A DNA stretch of 64,000 nucleotides. Origin: a virus (lineage: Duplodnaviria; Caudoviricetes). Position 1 is the stretch's first letter. Each line of letters starts with the position of its first letter. Location: IMG/VR virus record IMGVR_UViG_3300017700_000537, positions 11,160 through 75,159 of that record; one strand, given 5' to 3'. The notes under the pieces are model-generated. The model was not told the origin of the DNA. It saw nothing but the letters and a program-made list of their open reading frames with translations, and ran no database searches. Made by a program: the position numbers and the translations under genes. Below, one piece after another: positions 1-8,215 of the stretch.

Positions 1-102
1 CTGGCATCCTGGTAACGACCCCTACGGTTTGAAGGATAGGGAATGGGTGAACGGCTTTTTCGTGAAAAAATCTAACCAGCCGCAAGGCGAAACACCAACC
101 CA

Positions 103-300
103 ATGACAGAATCAAATCCAACCTGCCAATCCAATTGCATCCGTGATACAATGGAATCCGGCCTCTGTGATTGCTACAACAACGACGAACACCCAGCTTG
201 CAGGGAAGAAAAATGGTCAAACGGCAGATGCTTTCTGGTCATAGCTGGACTGGTTGGTGTAAGCTGGGGGATTATTTTCTGGCTTGCCGGGATTTTTTGA
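103..300 (+). CDS. small hypothetical membrane protein
   Basis: 65-aa ORF, Cys-rich N-terminus, hydrophobic C-terminal segment ending LAGIF, which is encoded by the dispersed motif. Confidence 0.5.
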   Translation: MTESNPTCQSNCIRDTMESGLCDCYNNDEHPACREEKWSNGRCFLVIAGLVGVSWGIIFWLAGIF

Positions 301-315
301 CTAAATGTAAAAGAA

Positions 316-545
316 ATGAGTAAATTCAAAATTGGGGACAAGGTGAAACATCCATGCGATTCAAGCGCTTTCGAGGTTGTTGGAGTCAGGGAAGCCGAAA
401 TTGAAATAAAGGGGATTGGTCCGGCGGGACACAACCGTGCAATCAGGCTGGATGGGTTCCGACCGAAACAGTGAAGCCTTACGATGAGACAAAGGTTGTT
501 TATTACATAAACGGGAAGCCTCACAAAAATGGAGTTCCGATTTAA
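316..545 (+). pseudogene. small phage protein with apparent 1-bp deletion
   Basis: MSKFKIGDKVKH...EIEIK continues as GDWSGGTQPCNQAGW...VPI* only if the G4 run near 411-414 is G5; the span is 230 nt, one short of a codon multiple. Confidence 0.45.
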
Positions 546-554
546 TCCACCACA

Positions 555-659
555 ATGGAACAGAAATTCTCAAACAGGGTGTGCGCAGCCATAATCGTGT
601 CGCTTGTTGTGGCCGTGGCCGCATGGGCTGCTATCTTCTTTTTTGCCGGGATTCTTTGA
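555..659 (+). CDS. 34-aa single-TM peptide
   Basis: MEQKFSNRVCAAIIVSLVVAVAAWAAIFFFAGIL*, A-rich context before ATG, fills the gap between neighbours. Confidence 0.45.
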   Translation: MEQKFSNRVCAAIIVSLVVAVAAWAAIFFFAGIL

Positions 660-662
660 CAA

Positions 663-827
663 ATGACCCGCCACCGCCCCATACCCCCTAAAAAATCAAA
701 GATAATGAAACCGTGCGCCGTCTGCGGGCTGGAATTTTCGATAGACGACCTTACTATCGACTGGAAAAACTTCCGCTTGGTGTGCAAAAAATGTAAACTA
801 CTGGCAGTTCAGGACGAAGAGGGCTGA
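663..827 (+). CDS. small Zn-ribbon-like protein
   Basis: 54 aa with CAVC...CKKC. Confidence 0.45.
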   Translation: MTRHRPIPPKKSKIMKPCAVCGLEFSIDDLTIDWKNFRLVCKKCKLLAVQDEEG

Positions 828-854
828 GTTTGCCGGGATTTTTTAAGAAATAAC

Positions 855-1154
855 ATGCGAAACGTATCGGAATTAACGACAAAAGAAGGTGCTGGCCTCT
901 GGAACGCCTGTATGCCGAAACGTTATTGCCCGTTCAACGGCAATTCCTTTCATCATCCGGCAAATGACAGGACGCCAGAAAGATTTTGCTTCATGTACGG
1001 CGTTGAGCGGCTTGGCGTACACTTTGACGGGTACATCTGGGCAGATTGCGACCTTACCAGTAGGATTGAGGTTGACGAACAGTCTGCGACGGACTACCTG
1101 ACCAGCATTGGTATTGAAAGGTTTTCACCAAAAAATCCAGGCAATGACAAATAA
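855..1154 (+). CDS. hypothetical protein
   Basis: 99-aa ORF in co-oriented, tightly packed gene run. Confidence 0.6.
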   Translation: MRNVSELTTKEGAGLWNACMPKRYCPFNGNSFHHPANDRTPERFCFMYGVERLGVHFDGYIWADCDLTSRIEVDEQSATDYLTSIGIERFSPKNPGNDK

Positions 1155-1536
1155 CCTCCACGGACGCAATTTCTCCGCAGAAATCTACGGCATACCAGTC
1201 CTTGGCACCATATCGGTGGGCAAGCTGGGCGGAATCTACCTCTGTCAGGATAGGCTTGCCGGCGGTGGCTTTAACTGTGACGATAAATTCGGCTACGAAT
1301 ACACTTGGTACGTCACGGAAGGCGGACTATGTGACGAAATCACCAACCTCAAAATCCTCCCATCCGCCCTAGAATACCACGCCCTGTTCACCAAAATCCT
1401 GTCCAATACCGGCACTGCCTGGCAGGACGACGGCAGTTACTGGGTGGTGCCGGACGAAGTGGCGGCAGAGATTACGGCTTTTATGGACAAAATAGAGGCT
1501 GTGGATGTTGAAAATCTTGGAGAATCTAAAAATTAA
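1144..1536 (+). CDS. hypothetical protein
   Basis: ORF from ATG 1144, overlapping the stop of the previous gene. Confidence 0.6.
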   Translation: MTNNLHGRNFSAEIYGIPVLGTISVGKLGGIYLCQDRLAGGGFNCDDKFGYEYTWYVTEGGLCDEITNLKILPSALEYHALFTKILSNTGTAWQDDGSYWVVPDEVAAEITAFMDKIEAVDVENLGESKN

Positions 1537-1541
1537 TAAAA

Positions 1542-1874
1542 ATGAACGCAGAAGAATTTATATCAAAGACACAGGAAGGGAGGCATGACACTGGAGCTGA
1601 CCCCAGCGGATTTTCGTATAGCCATAGCCTCGTTGTGAAATTATTGGACAACTATGCCGCCCACTGCGAGGAGTCTGCTTGGGTCGATGTGAATGATTCC
1701 TTGCCAGAACGCTGGGACGGCTATCCATTATCAAGGAATTGTTTTTTGTTTAATGGGAAGGAATATCTGATGGGATTTTACAGCTATGCGCATTCCCAGT
1801 GGGAGTCGGACGAGTACGCTCCGATTGAAGGAGTCACCCACTGGCGACCCCTCCCAAAAAATCCCGGCAAATGA
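1542..1874 (+). CDS. DUF551-like phage protein
   Basis: WVDVNDSLPE...VTHWRPLP matches the W-x-S-V-x-x-x-LP...VTHWMPLP pattern. Confidence 0.75.
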   Translation: MNAEEFISKTQEGRHDTGADPSGFSYSHSLVVKLLDNYAAHCEESAWVDVNDSLPERWDGYPLSRNCFLFNGKEYLMGFYSYAHSQWESDEYAPIEGVTHWRPLPKNPGK

Positions 1875-1974
1875 CCCTCCCCGAAGCCAGAACTATTTTC
1901 AAGAACATGCAGGCCCAGAACCCGTTGGTGAACGAACTCCACAAACGGTTCGAGCTTGCGCAACCAATTTCAGG

Positions 1975-2784
1975 ATGTCAGAACTTAGAATCAAGCTCCT
2001 CGAGCTCGCCATCCAGGGTGGCGCAACAATCGACAACGCCGAGCGTGTCGCAACCGACTGGGAAAACTGGGCAGCAGATGCTCACCCTTTGAAGCTGGGT
2101 ACGCCGAGCCCAAAACCCTGTGAGCATGAATTTGAATGGGATTGCCTGATGGTTGGCTGCGAGTGCGCTCCAAAGCCTGTTGAGCCCGAAATCGACTGGG
2201 ATTTCAAGGGCGACCAATACTTGACGCACACCCCATCTGGGATTACCTTCGCCTATGCTGGCAAGCATGAGGAAGGCGGATTTTACGGAACAAGGTTGGG
2301 GTCAGGGTGTTGGGGATGGGTATCGAAAAATGGATTCCGACGAGGGGCTGGCCTGCATGACGAATCAAAAAATCCCGGCAACTCTGAACGGGAAATCGAC
2401 TGGTCCCGCCCACAACTTGTGACTTGTAGTTCAGGAATGGTTGTGCAGACAACCGGCAAACACGCAGGGTGTAGTTTCGAGGGGGTAGTAGTTGGTAGTG
2501 GCCGTTTTCGTGAAGTCGGAGAATTTATTACTGGGCTTACGAAATTAAACTTTACCTACCACGGAGAAATCCCGGCAGAACCAAAGACCACCGGCCTGAA
2601 CTTCTTGGAGGCAATGGAGGCGACCCTAAATGGGTTTACAGTTAGAAGGCCCGACAATGCGTGGTACTTATTTGACCCCGAGCAATTGTGCGTCAAGATG
2701 TCAACTGGCCGGGGTGGGCTTATTTTTCCCGTAATCTATCAAGATGACATCCTCGCCACCGACTGGCAAATCATCCCAAAATGA
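1975..2784 (+). CDS. modular protein with two EIDW repeats and a C-terminal DUF2829/Tad2-like domain
   Basis: C-terminus LNFLEAMEATLNGFTVRR...DDILATDWQII resembles the DUF2829 consensus; the start may lie at 1871 if a base is missing near 1967. Confidence 0.55.
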   Translation: MSELRIKLLELAIQGGATIDNAERVATDWENWAADAHPLKLGTPSPKPCEHEFEWDCLMVGCECAPKPVEPEIDWDFKGDQYLTHTPSGITFAYAGKHEEGGFYGTRLGSGCWGWVSKNGFRRGAGLHDESKNPGNSEREIDWSRPQLVTCSSGMVVQTTGKHAGCSFEGVVVGSGRFREVGEFITGLTKLNFTYHGEIPAEPKTTGLNFLEAMEATLNGFTVRRPDNAWYLFDPEQLCVKMSTGRGGLIFPVIYQDDILATDWQIIPK

Positions 2785-3170
2785 AAATCCAAATCCTAAA
2801 GAAAACGAACAAAGCCCTCTTCGCAAGGCGCCAGAAGGGCTTCAACGGCAGGGCTTTCGTCCTTGGCCTCGACGACAGGTTCATCGTGCTCCAGAACGCC
2901 AAAAAGAAGGATAAATCCACCGCCGTCCTCACTCACTGCGACATCGGCCTGTTCGCTCCGGCCAACGGCACAGAGCTGGTGCTTGATGCTGTCCAGCGCC
3001 ATTATCTGAAAAAATACGGCAAGGAGTTGCTATTGATTAAATCTTTCGTATCTTTGCAAAGATTTACGGAGAACGGGAAAGTTTACGAACTGAATCTGGC
3101 TCCAATCAGCAAACAAAAAGAACTGGATTTAGATGAGAATACTGAGGATATTGAAGGCGAGAAGGGTTAG
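2781..3170 (+). CDS. hypothetical protein
   Basis: 129-aa ORF with ATGA overlap to the previous gene. Confidence 0.6.
   Translation: MKIQILKKTNKALFARRQKGFNGRAFVLGLDDRFIVLQNAKKKDKSTAVLTHCDIGLFAPANGTELVLDAVQRHYLKKYGKELLLIKSFVSLQRFTENGKVYELNLAPISKQKELDLDENTEDIEGEKG
3026..3056 (+). promoter_or_regulatory. Bacteroidota sigma-A type promoter for the HTH gene
   Basis: gTTG-N19-TATCTTTG. Confidence 0.55.
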
Positions 3171-3642
3171 GATGGGTTTCCTGCAAAAAGACCTTGCAAA
3201 AAAATGCGGTGTTTCAAAGCAGGTCATCTGCGAGATAGAGACCGGCAAGCAAAGGCCTTGGAGATACACATTGGTTCGCATCTGTGATGAGCTTTCGATG
3301 CCAGACATCGACAGGGCTTCATTGTTTCGTCACTTCAAGCATGAAGATGTTTCAGGCCTGAATGACCCTATCATCATCGTCCGGTCAATCCGTAAAAAGA
3401 TAGGAATGACGCAGGACGACCTGGCGGCAAGGGTCGGGTCAAATAGGGGTGTTATCAGTAAATTCGAGAAGGGGGAACTTATTAATTTGGAACTGGCCGA
3501 GCTGATATGCGATGCGCTTGGCATCAAGGGGAAAAAGAAATCCAAAATTCTAAAATCTCTCCATGAGGATAACGAACATCAAGAACCTGAGACAGGCGTT
3601 CACGCCGGGATGCCGTGTGAACCGGCACACGATACGAATTAA
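3133..3642 (+). CDS. transcriptional regulator with two XRE/Cro-C1 HTH domains
   Basis: LKARRVRMGFLQKDLAKKCGVSKQVICEIETG and IRKKIGMTQDDLAARVGSNRGVISKFEKG. Confidence 0.85.
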   Translation: MRILRILKARRVRMGFLQKDLAKKCGVSKQVICEIETGKQRPWRYTLVRICDELSMPDIDRASLFRHFKHEDVSGLNDPIIIVRSIRKKIGMTQDDLAARVGSNRGVISKFEKGELINLELAELICDALGIKGKKKSKILKSLHEDNEHQEPETGVHAGMPCEPAHDTN

Positions 3643-3901
3643 GGATAAGGATGTCGGAGTCTGCATTAAGGAAATCGACATCCCCACCGGAAAAGCCTTT
3701 CTTTGGTACGTTATCTGCATGGAGGTACAGACTTCCGGCTCCCTTCGGATAGGGGAGCGGATAAAAGTAGGTGATGCAGAGTTCGAAGTGTGTGCCATAA
3801 AGGATGGCTGGTACGAACTGAGCACATCCGAAATCAAGGCCGACAAGTTTGAAATGTGGGGCGTTGAAATGTTGATTCAAAAAATTAATTGTAGGATATG
3901 A
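3563..3901 (+). CDS. hypothetical protein
   Basis: 112-aa ORF, coupled to the downstream gene. Confidence 0.55.
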   Translation: MRITNIKNLRQAFTPGCRVNRHTIRIKDKDVGVCIKEIDIPTGKAFLWYVICMEVQTSGSLRIGERIKVGDAEFEVCAIKDGWYELSTSEIKADKFEMWGVEMLIQKINCRI

Positions 3902-4191
3902 CAAAAATCAATAAAAATAAAGAAGCAAGAAAGCCAATCGTCGCCAAGGTTGACCTGAAATTCATCAGGACTATCGGCAAGATGGCTGGAAAGCTCACCG
4001 CTGGCACGACCACAGCCTATTTGCTGCCGTTCATGTTCAGCCGGAACGTTGAAATGCCGGTCGGGATGTACCAAGTGACGGAACTACGGGACCTGCCCGA
4101 CAATGTGCTGGCCAGCTTTGGACTGCAAAGAATCCAAGTTCCAGTCCCCGCAGAAATTGTTGACCAAAAAATCCCGGCAAATGAGGAATAA
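3898..4191 (+). CDS. hypothetical protein
   Basis: 97-aa ORF with ATGA overlap. Confidence 0.55.
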   Translation: MTKINKNKEARKPIVAKVDLKFIRTIGKMAGKLTAGTTTAYLLPFMFSRNVEMPVGMYQVTELRDLPDNVLASFGLQRIQVPVPAEIVDQKIPANEE

Positions 4192-4771
4192 CAAATCCGG
4201 CACCTACGCCAAGGCCCCGCTTAACTACGAAGAGCTGCGCACCTTCATCGACACCATCATTAACCCAGAGTACCGCCTGATGGTAGCCATCATCACAGCG
4301 GGCTTCATGCGGGTAGGAGAGGTGGTGAAGATGCGGAAGGGCGACATCGCCAACGGCAAGATAATGGTCAGAAAGACCAAAGTCCGCCATGACAAGAACC
4401 ATCGCCCCATAAAACCCTACCGTGAGGTCCCTATGCCAGAATGGGTTCAGGAAATCGCCAACGAAGTATTGCCACTCCTAAAAAGGCAGAAGGACGAGCT
4501 GTTGTTTCAGAAACAACGTGGAGGTGGAGGGCTAACTGTGAACGGCGTGAATGACAGGCTTGACAGGATTTTCGCAAAGACCGAGACCACTCAAAAGGTC
4601 ACTTGCCACTCCCTGCGCCGCACGGCAGCCGTCAGGATTCACGACAACAGCGGGAACGACCTTCGCATGGTGCAGATAGCCTGCGACCACAAGTCCATCG
4701 CCACATCCGGCATCTACGTGATGAAGGGTAGGGCGGATTTCGAGGAAAAATACAAAGCAGCATTCGGATGA
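4181..4771 (+). CDS. tyrosine recombinase, catalytic domain only (196 aa)
   Basis: Catalytic set R (MRVGE), K (KTK), HxxR (HSLRR), H (CDH), Y (GIY); no N-terminal core-binding or arm-binding domain. Confidence 0.88.
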   Translation: MRNNKSGTYAKAPLNYEELRTFIDTIINPEYRLMVAIITAGFMRVGEVVKMRKGDIANGKIMVRKTKVRHDKNHRPIKPYREVPMPEWVQEIANEVLPLLKRQKDELLFQKQRGGGGLTVNGVNDRLDRIFAKTETTQKVTCHSLRRTAAVRIHDNSGNDLRMVQIACDHKSIATSGIYVMKGRADFEEKYKAAFG

Positions 4772-5337
4772 AGGCGAAAAGACACCAAGTATTGGTAAGC
4801 ATCGAATCTCGGATAAAGGAGACTGTCACCGCCCCGGGCGGCATGGAATTCTTCATCCAGACAGATGAACTGCATTCCACTGAGCAGGTCACACAGACCG
4901 GTGTTGCAGTGGCTGTTGGGGAGGATGTGAAGGGCGTGAACGTGGGGGATGAAGTGTTCTTCCGCTGGACCGTCACGCACGACACCGACTACAACATCCT
5001 GTACGGTGATGTCAATGTCTGGATAATCAACTGCATCATCAAGCACGGCATCCCAGACCTGTTCGCTGTCATCACTGGCGGGGAGATAAAACCGGTCTGC
5101 GGGTTCGCATTCGTGGAGCCGCAGGAAGATGAAGTCGGGTTTGGAGAATACAAGGAAACGAAGCTCAACGAGAAGTGGGGCATTATGCGGTTCATGGAAG
5201 AAGGCCATGGTCTATCTCCCGGCGACAAGGTGTTCTTCGGAACCAGAAACGACGACGATGCAGACCTAAACACGGTTCTCGGCAAAAAATACTACATCAT
5301 GGAGGCCAGCCGCATCCAAATGAAACTAGAAGCATGA
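4768..5337 (+). CDS. GroES/Cpn10-like co-chaperonin with two tandem domains
   Basis: QTGVAVAVGEDVKGVNVGDEVFF, then a second unit IKPVCGFAFVEP...LSPGDKVFF...KKYYIMEASRI. Confidence 0.65.
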   Translation: MKAKRHQVLVSIESRIKETVTAPGGMEFFIQTDELHSTEQVTQTGVAVAVGEDVKGVNVGDEVFFRWTVTHDTDYNILYGDVNVWIINCIIKHGIPDLFAVITGGEIKPVCGFAFVEPQEDEVGFGEYKETKLNEKWGIMRFMEEGHGLSPGDKVFFGTRNDDDADLNTVLGKKYYIMEASRIQMKLEA

Positions 5338-6026
5338 TATACGAAGGAAGGCCAGGCAGCAACAGGTTCGACAGGGACCAGTTCCGGCACATGAAGTGCT
5401 TTGACCTGATAAAGTGGACCGACCACAATGACGTGAGCAGGGAAATGCGGAAGTTCTACGACCGTCGCATCCCATCCGTGCTTGCCCTCATCAAGAAGAA
5501 CAAGCCCTATGGCCTAGCGCAGGCGAAGTACATCGCCCTCGTCTATGACAAGCAGAGCCCATTCATCCCCGAGCATCCCATCATCACCGACAGGAAGAAG
5601 GCCGTGGCATCATTTTTGGGGATGAACGAATCGAAGTACGAGACCGTAAAGCTGGCCTGCATCGACCTGTCGAACGAGGCGGTCGTCGATGCCCTATCTG
5701 ATTACCTGAAATGGCAGGACGACTACGTTTGGGCCATGATAGTGCAGAACGAGGAGGTGTTCTATGGCAATCAGCGCCAGATTTTGCAGGGCGTGAACAT
5801 CGAGGGCAAGGACACCGACCGCTTCAAGGCGGCAGAGTACCAGTCCAAGCTACTGTCCATCAACAACAGCATCCAGAAGACCGTGAAGGCGCTCTGGGCA
5901 GAGTTCACCGGCAACGACCCGTTCGCAGAGGCAAAACTAAAAGAGCGGAAGCCTGTTTCCCCGGAGACTATGGCGGAATACGATGTTGAAGGGGTGGTGT
6001 ACGAGCTGGGCGAAGAAGAAGAGTAA
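5334..6026 (+). CDS. hypothetical protein, possible small terminase or packaging accessory
   Basis: 230-aa helical ORF just upstream of the large terminase; function inferred from position only. Confidence 0.4.
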   Translation: MIYEGRPGSNRFDRDQFRHMKCFDLIKWTDHNDVSREMRKFYDRRIPSVLALIKKNKPYGLAQAKYIALVYDKQSPFIPEHPIITDRKKAVASFLGMNESKYETVKLACIDLSNEAVVDALSDYLKWQDDYVWAMIVQNEEVFYGNQRQILQGVNIEGKDTDRFKAAEYQSKLLSINNSIQKTVKALWAEFTGNDPFAEAKLKERKPVSPETMAEYDVEGVVYELGEEEE

Positions 6027-6046
6027 TCAATTAAAATTTCAATAAA

Positions 6047-6214
6047 ATGTACGAAAAACAAAGATTGGCTGAAATCGAATTGGAAAAGATTAGGTTCAAA
6101 GCGCAACTTAGGCAGTTTGCATTGGATGTAGTCAGGCAGAACTCAGGCGGTGTGCTATCAACTGAGGGAATGATAGCTGATGCAAAATTGGTAGTTGAGT
6201 TTTTGGAATCTTAA
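6047..6214 (+). CDS. 55-aa hypothetical protein
   Basis: ORF fills the gap before terL, A-rich pre-ATG context. Confidence 0.45.
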   Translation: MYEKQRLAEIELEKIRFKAQLRQFALDVVRQNSGGVLSTEGMIADAKLVVEFLES

Positions 6215-6223
6215 CAGCATAAT

Positions 6224-8215
6224 TTGTACTACCAACGAAGTAAGAAAGACACGAAAATGACAATCCAGGATGTGGTATGCTACGTACCGCCTCCTGGATT
6301 TGTATTTGACAGGTTCACCGGAGAAGTGGTGGAGGCCGAAATCTACCAGCGCTCACCAATCCAGAAAGAGCAGAAATGGGAAATCCCGCCTGCCCCAAAG
6401 GACTATGACGACAAAAGGCTGGAAGAGGAGGAGAAACAGGACTCCAACCCCAACTACGTTGACAATGAACTGGAATCCTACCGGAAACAGGAATGGTTCC
6501 GTAGGATGAACGGGTTCTGGTTTATGAACAACGGTGTGCCGACCTACATCACAGGTGCCCACTATTATTACCTCGCCCACTGGAAAATCGACATCGGCCC
6601 ACCGCACTTCTGGTATTCAGACCTTCAATCGTTCTATTTCTGGCAGTGCTGTGTGGAAGACCCGAGGTGTGGCGGAATGCTTGCGTTTGACCGAAGGCGT
6701 GCAGGCAAAAGCTGGAAGGCTTCATCCATACTCACAGAAGCCGTCAGTCGCCGCAAACGGGCCCTTGGCGGCATACAGTCCAAGAACTCCAATGACGCAA
6801 GGGACTTCTTTCAGTTGTTCGTCATAGAGGGGTTCCGGCAGCTCCCGCACTTCTTTAAGCCAGAGTACGACCGAAGCCAGGGTGACATTCCCAAGGCAGA
6901 GCTTCGTTTTTTCCCGACCACCGAGCGCGGCAGGCAAGCGAGGGGCAAGAAGAAGGTAGATGCCCTCAACTCCCGTATCAACTTCAAGGATGCCAGCGAA
7001 AGGGCCTATGATGGCAAGAAAATCCTGATAGGGGTGATGGACGAGTTCGGAAAGCTGGAGGATGCCGACCTTGAGGAAAGGCACAGGGTATTGAAGTTCT
7101 GTATCTCGGACGGCCCGGCCATTATCGGCAAGCTGCTGTACATCACCACAGTGGAGGACATCAAGAACTCCAACTGCCTTGCCAAGGCCCAGAAACTATT
7201 CCAGGAGTCCGACCCCACCAAGCGGGACGGCAACGGCAGGACAGAATCCTGGCTGTACCGCTTCAGGCTCCCGTTCTACGAATCCTACGAGATGGACGAG
7301 TACGGTATGCCAAAGCGTGAGGAATCCAAGCGCAAGGTGCAGAACACACTCGATGGCCTCATCGCAAAGGGTGACTTCGTTTCCATCGCCTCCGAGCGCC
7401 GCAAGAACCCGTGGAACGACGACGACATCTTCCGGGTGTCGGCCAACGCCCCTATCTTCGACATCATCAAGATTGCCGACCAGATTTCGCTCCTTTCGTG
7501 GAAGAAGCCGAGCGACCTCTACCGGCGTGGCAACTTCGTCTGGGAAGGTGGGCAGCGGGACACAAGGGTGAAGTTTGTTGAGATAGCCAACGGCAGGTTC
7601 CTACTAAGGACGAGAGAGATGGACGGGGTGCGCCAAAATTTGCAAAGACCAATAAATAAGCATAGATTTGCAATCGGTTGCGACCCTTTCGAGCACAGGG
7701 CGTCGTTCGAGCCGTCCAACGGGGCGGCGCACGTACTGAAGAAGTACGACCCGACCAGCCCGGACATGCAGAACGAGTACGTGATGGAATACTGCGCAAG
7801 GCCGCAACCAAACGTTTTCTTTGAGGACATGGTGCGGATGTGCGTGTACTTTGGCGCTCCGATGCTCTGTGAGGCGAACAGGATAGGCTTGATAAACTAT
7901 TTCTCCGACAGGGGATACCACAGCTTCCTCACCTGGCTACCGGGGCAAAAAAATCCCGGCATATTCGCAGGGGAGAAGTCGAAGCAGCACGGAGCGGAGC
8001 GGATGGACAACTACGTGCAGGACCACTGCCACACGATAATGTTCCCGCTGTTGCTCAAAGACCTCTCGATGTTCGACCTGTCCGACTCCACCAAGTACGA
8101 CCGGGCCATGTCGGCAATCTGGACGTTGGTGGCAGCAGGGGAGATAGCGCTGGAGGAGGAAACGCAGAAAGTAGAAGAAATAACTGACTTTTTTACGCCA
8201 CATAGGATAAGATGA
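6224..8215 (+). CDS. terL: terminase large subunit
   Basis: Walker A RRAGKS, Walker B VMDEFGK, RNase H-like nuclease IGCDPF...KYDRAMS; directly upstream of the portal; ATG start possibly 6257. Confidence 0.9.
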   Translation: MYYQRSKKDTKMTIQDVVCYVPPPGFVFDRFTGEVVEAEIYQRSPIQKEQKWEIPPAPKDYDDKRLEEEEKQDSNPNYVDNELESYRKQEWFRRMNGFWFMNNGVPTYITGAHYYYLAHWKIDIGPPHFWYSDLQSFYFWQCCVEDPRCGGMLAFDRRRAGKSWKASSILTEAVSRRKRALGGIQSKNSNDARDFFQLFVIEGFRQLPHFFKPEYDRSQGDIPKAELRFFPTTERGRQARGKKKVDALNSRINFKDASERAYDGKKILIGVMDEFGKLEDADLEERHRVLKFCISDGPAIIGKLLYITTVEDIKNSNCLAKAQKLFQESDPTKRDGNGRTESWLYRFRLPFYESYEMDEYGMPKREESKRKVQNTLDGLIAKGDFVSIASERRKNPWNDDDIFRVSANAPIFDIIKIADQISLLSWKKPSDLYRRGNFVWEGGQRDTRVKFVEIANGRFLLRTREMDGVRQNLQRPINKHRFAIGCDPFEHRASFEPSNGAAHVLKKYDPTSPDMQNEYVMEYCARPQPNVFFEDMVRMCVYFGAPMLCEANRIGLINYFSDRGYHSFLTWLPGQKNPGIFAGEKSKQHGAERMDNYVQDHCHTIMFPLLLKDLSMFDLSDSTKYDRAMSAIWTLVAAGEIALEEETQKVEEITDFFTPHRIR

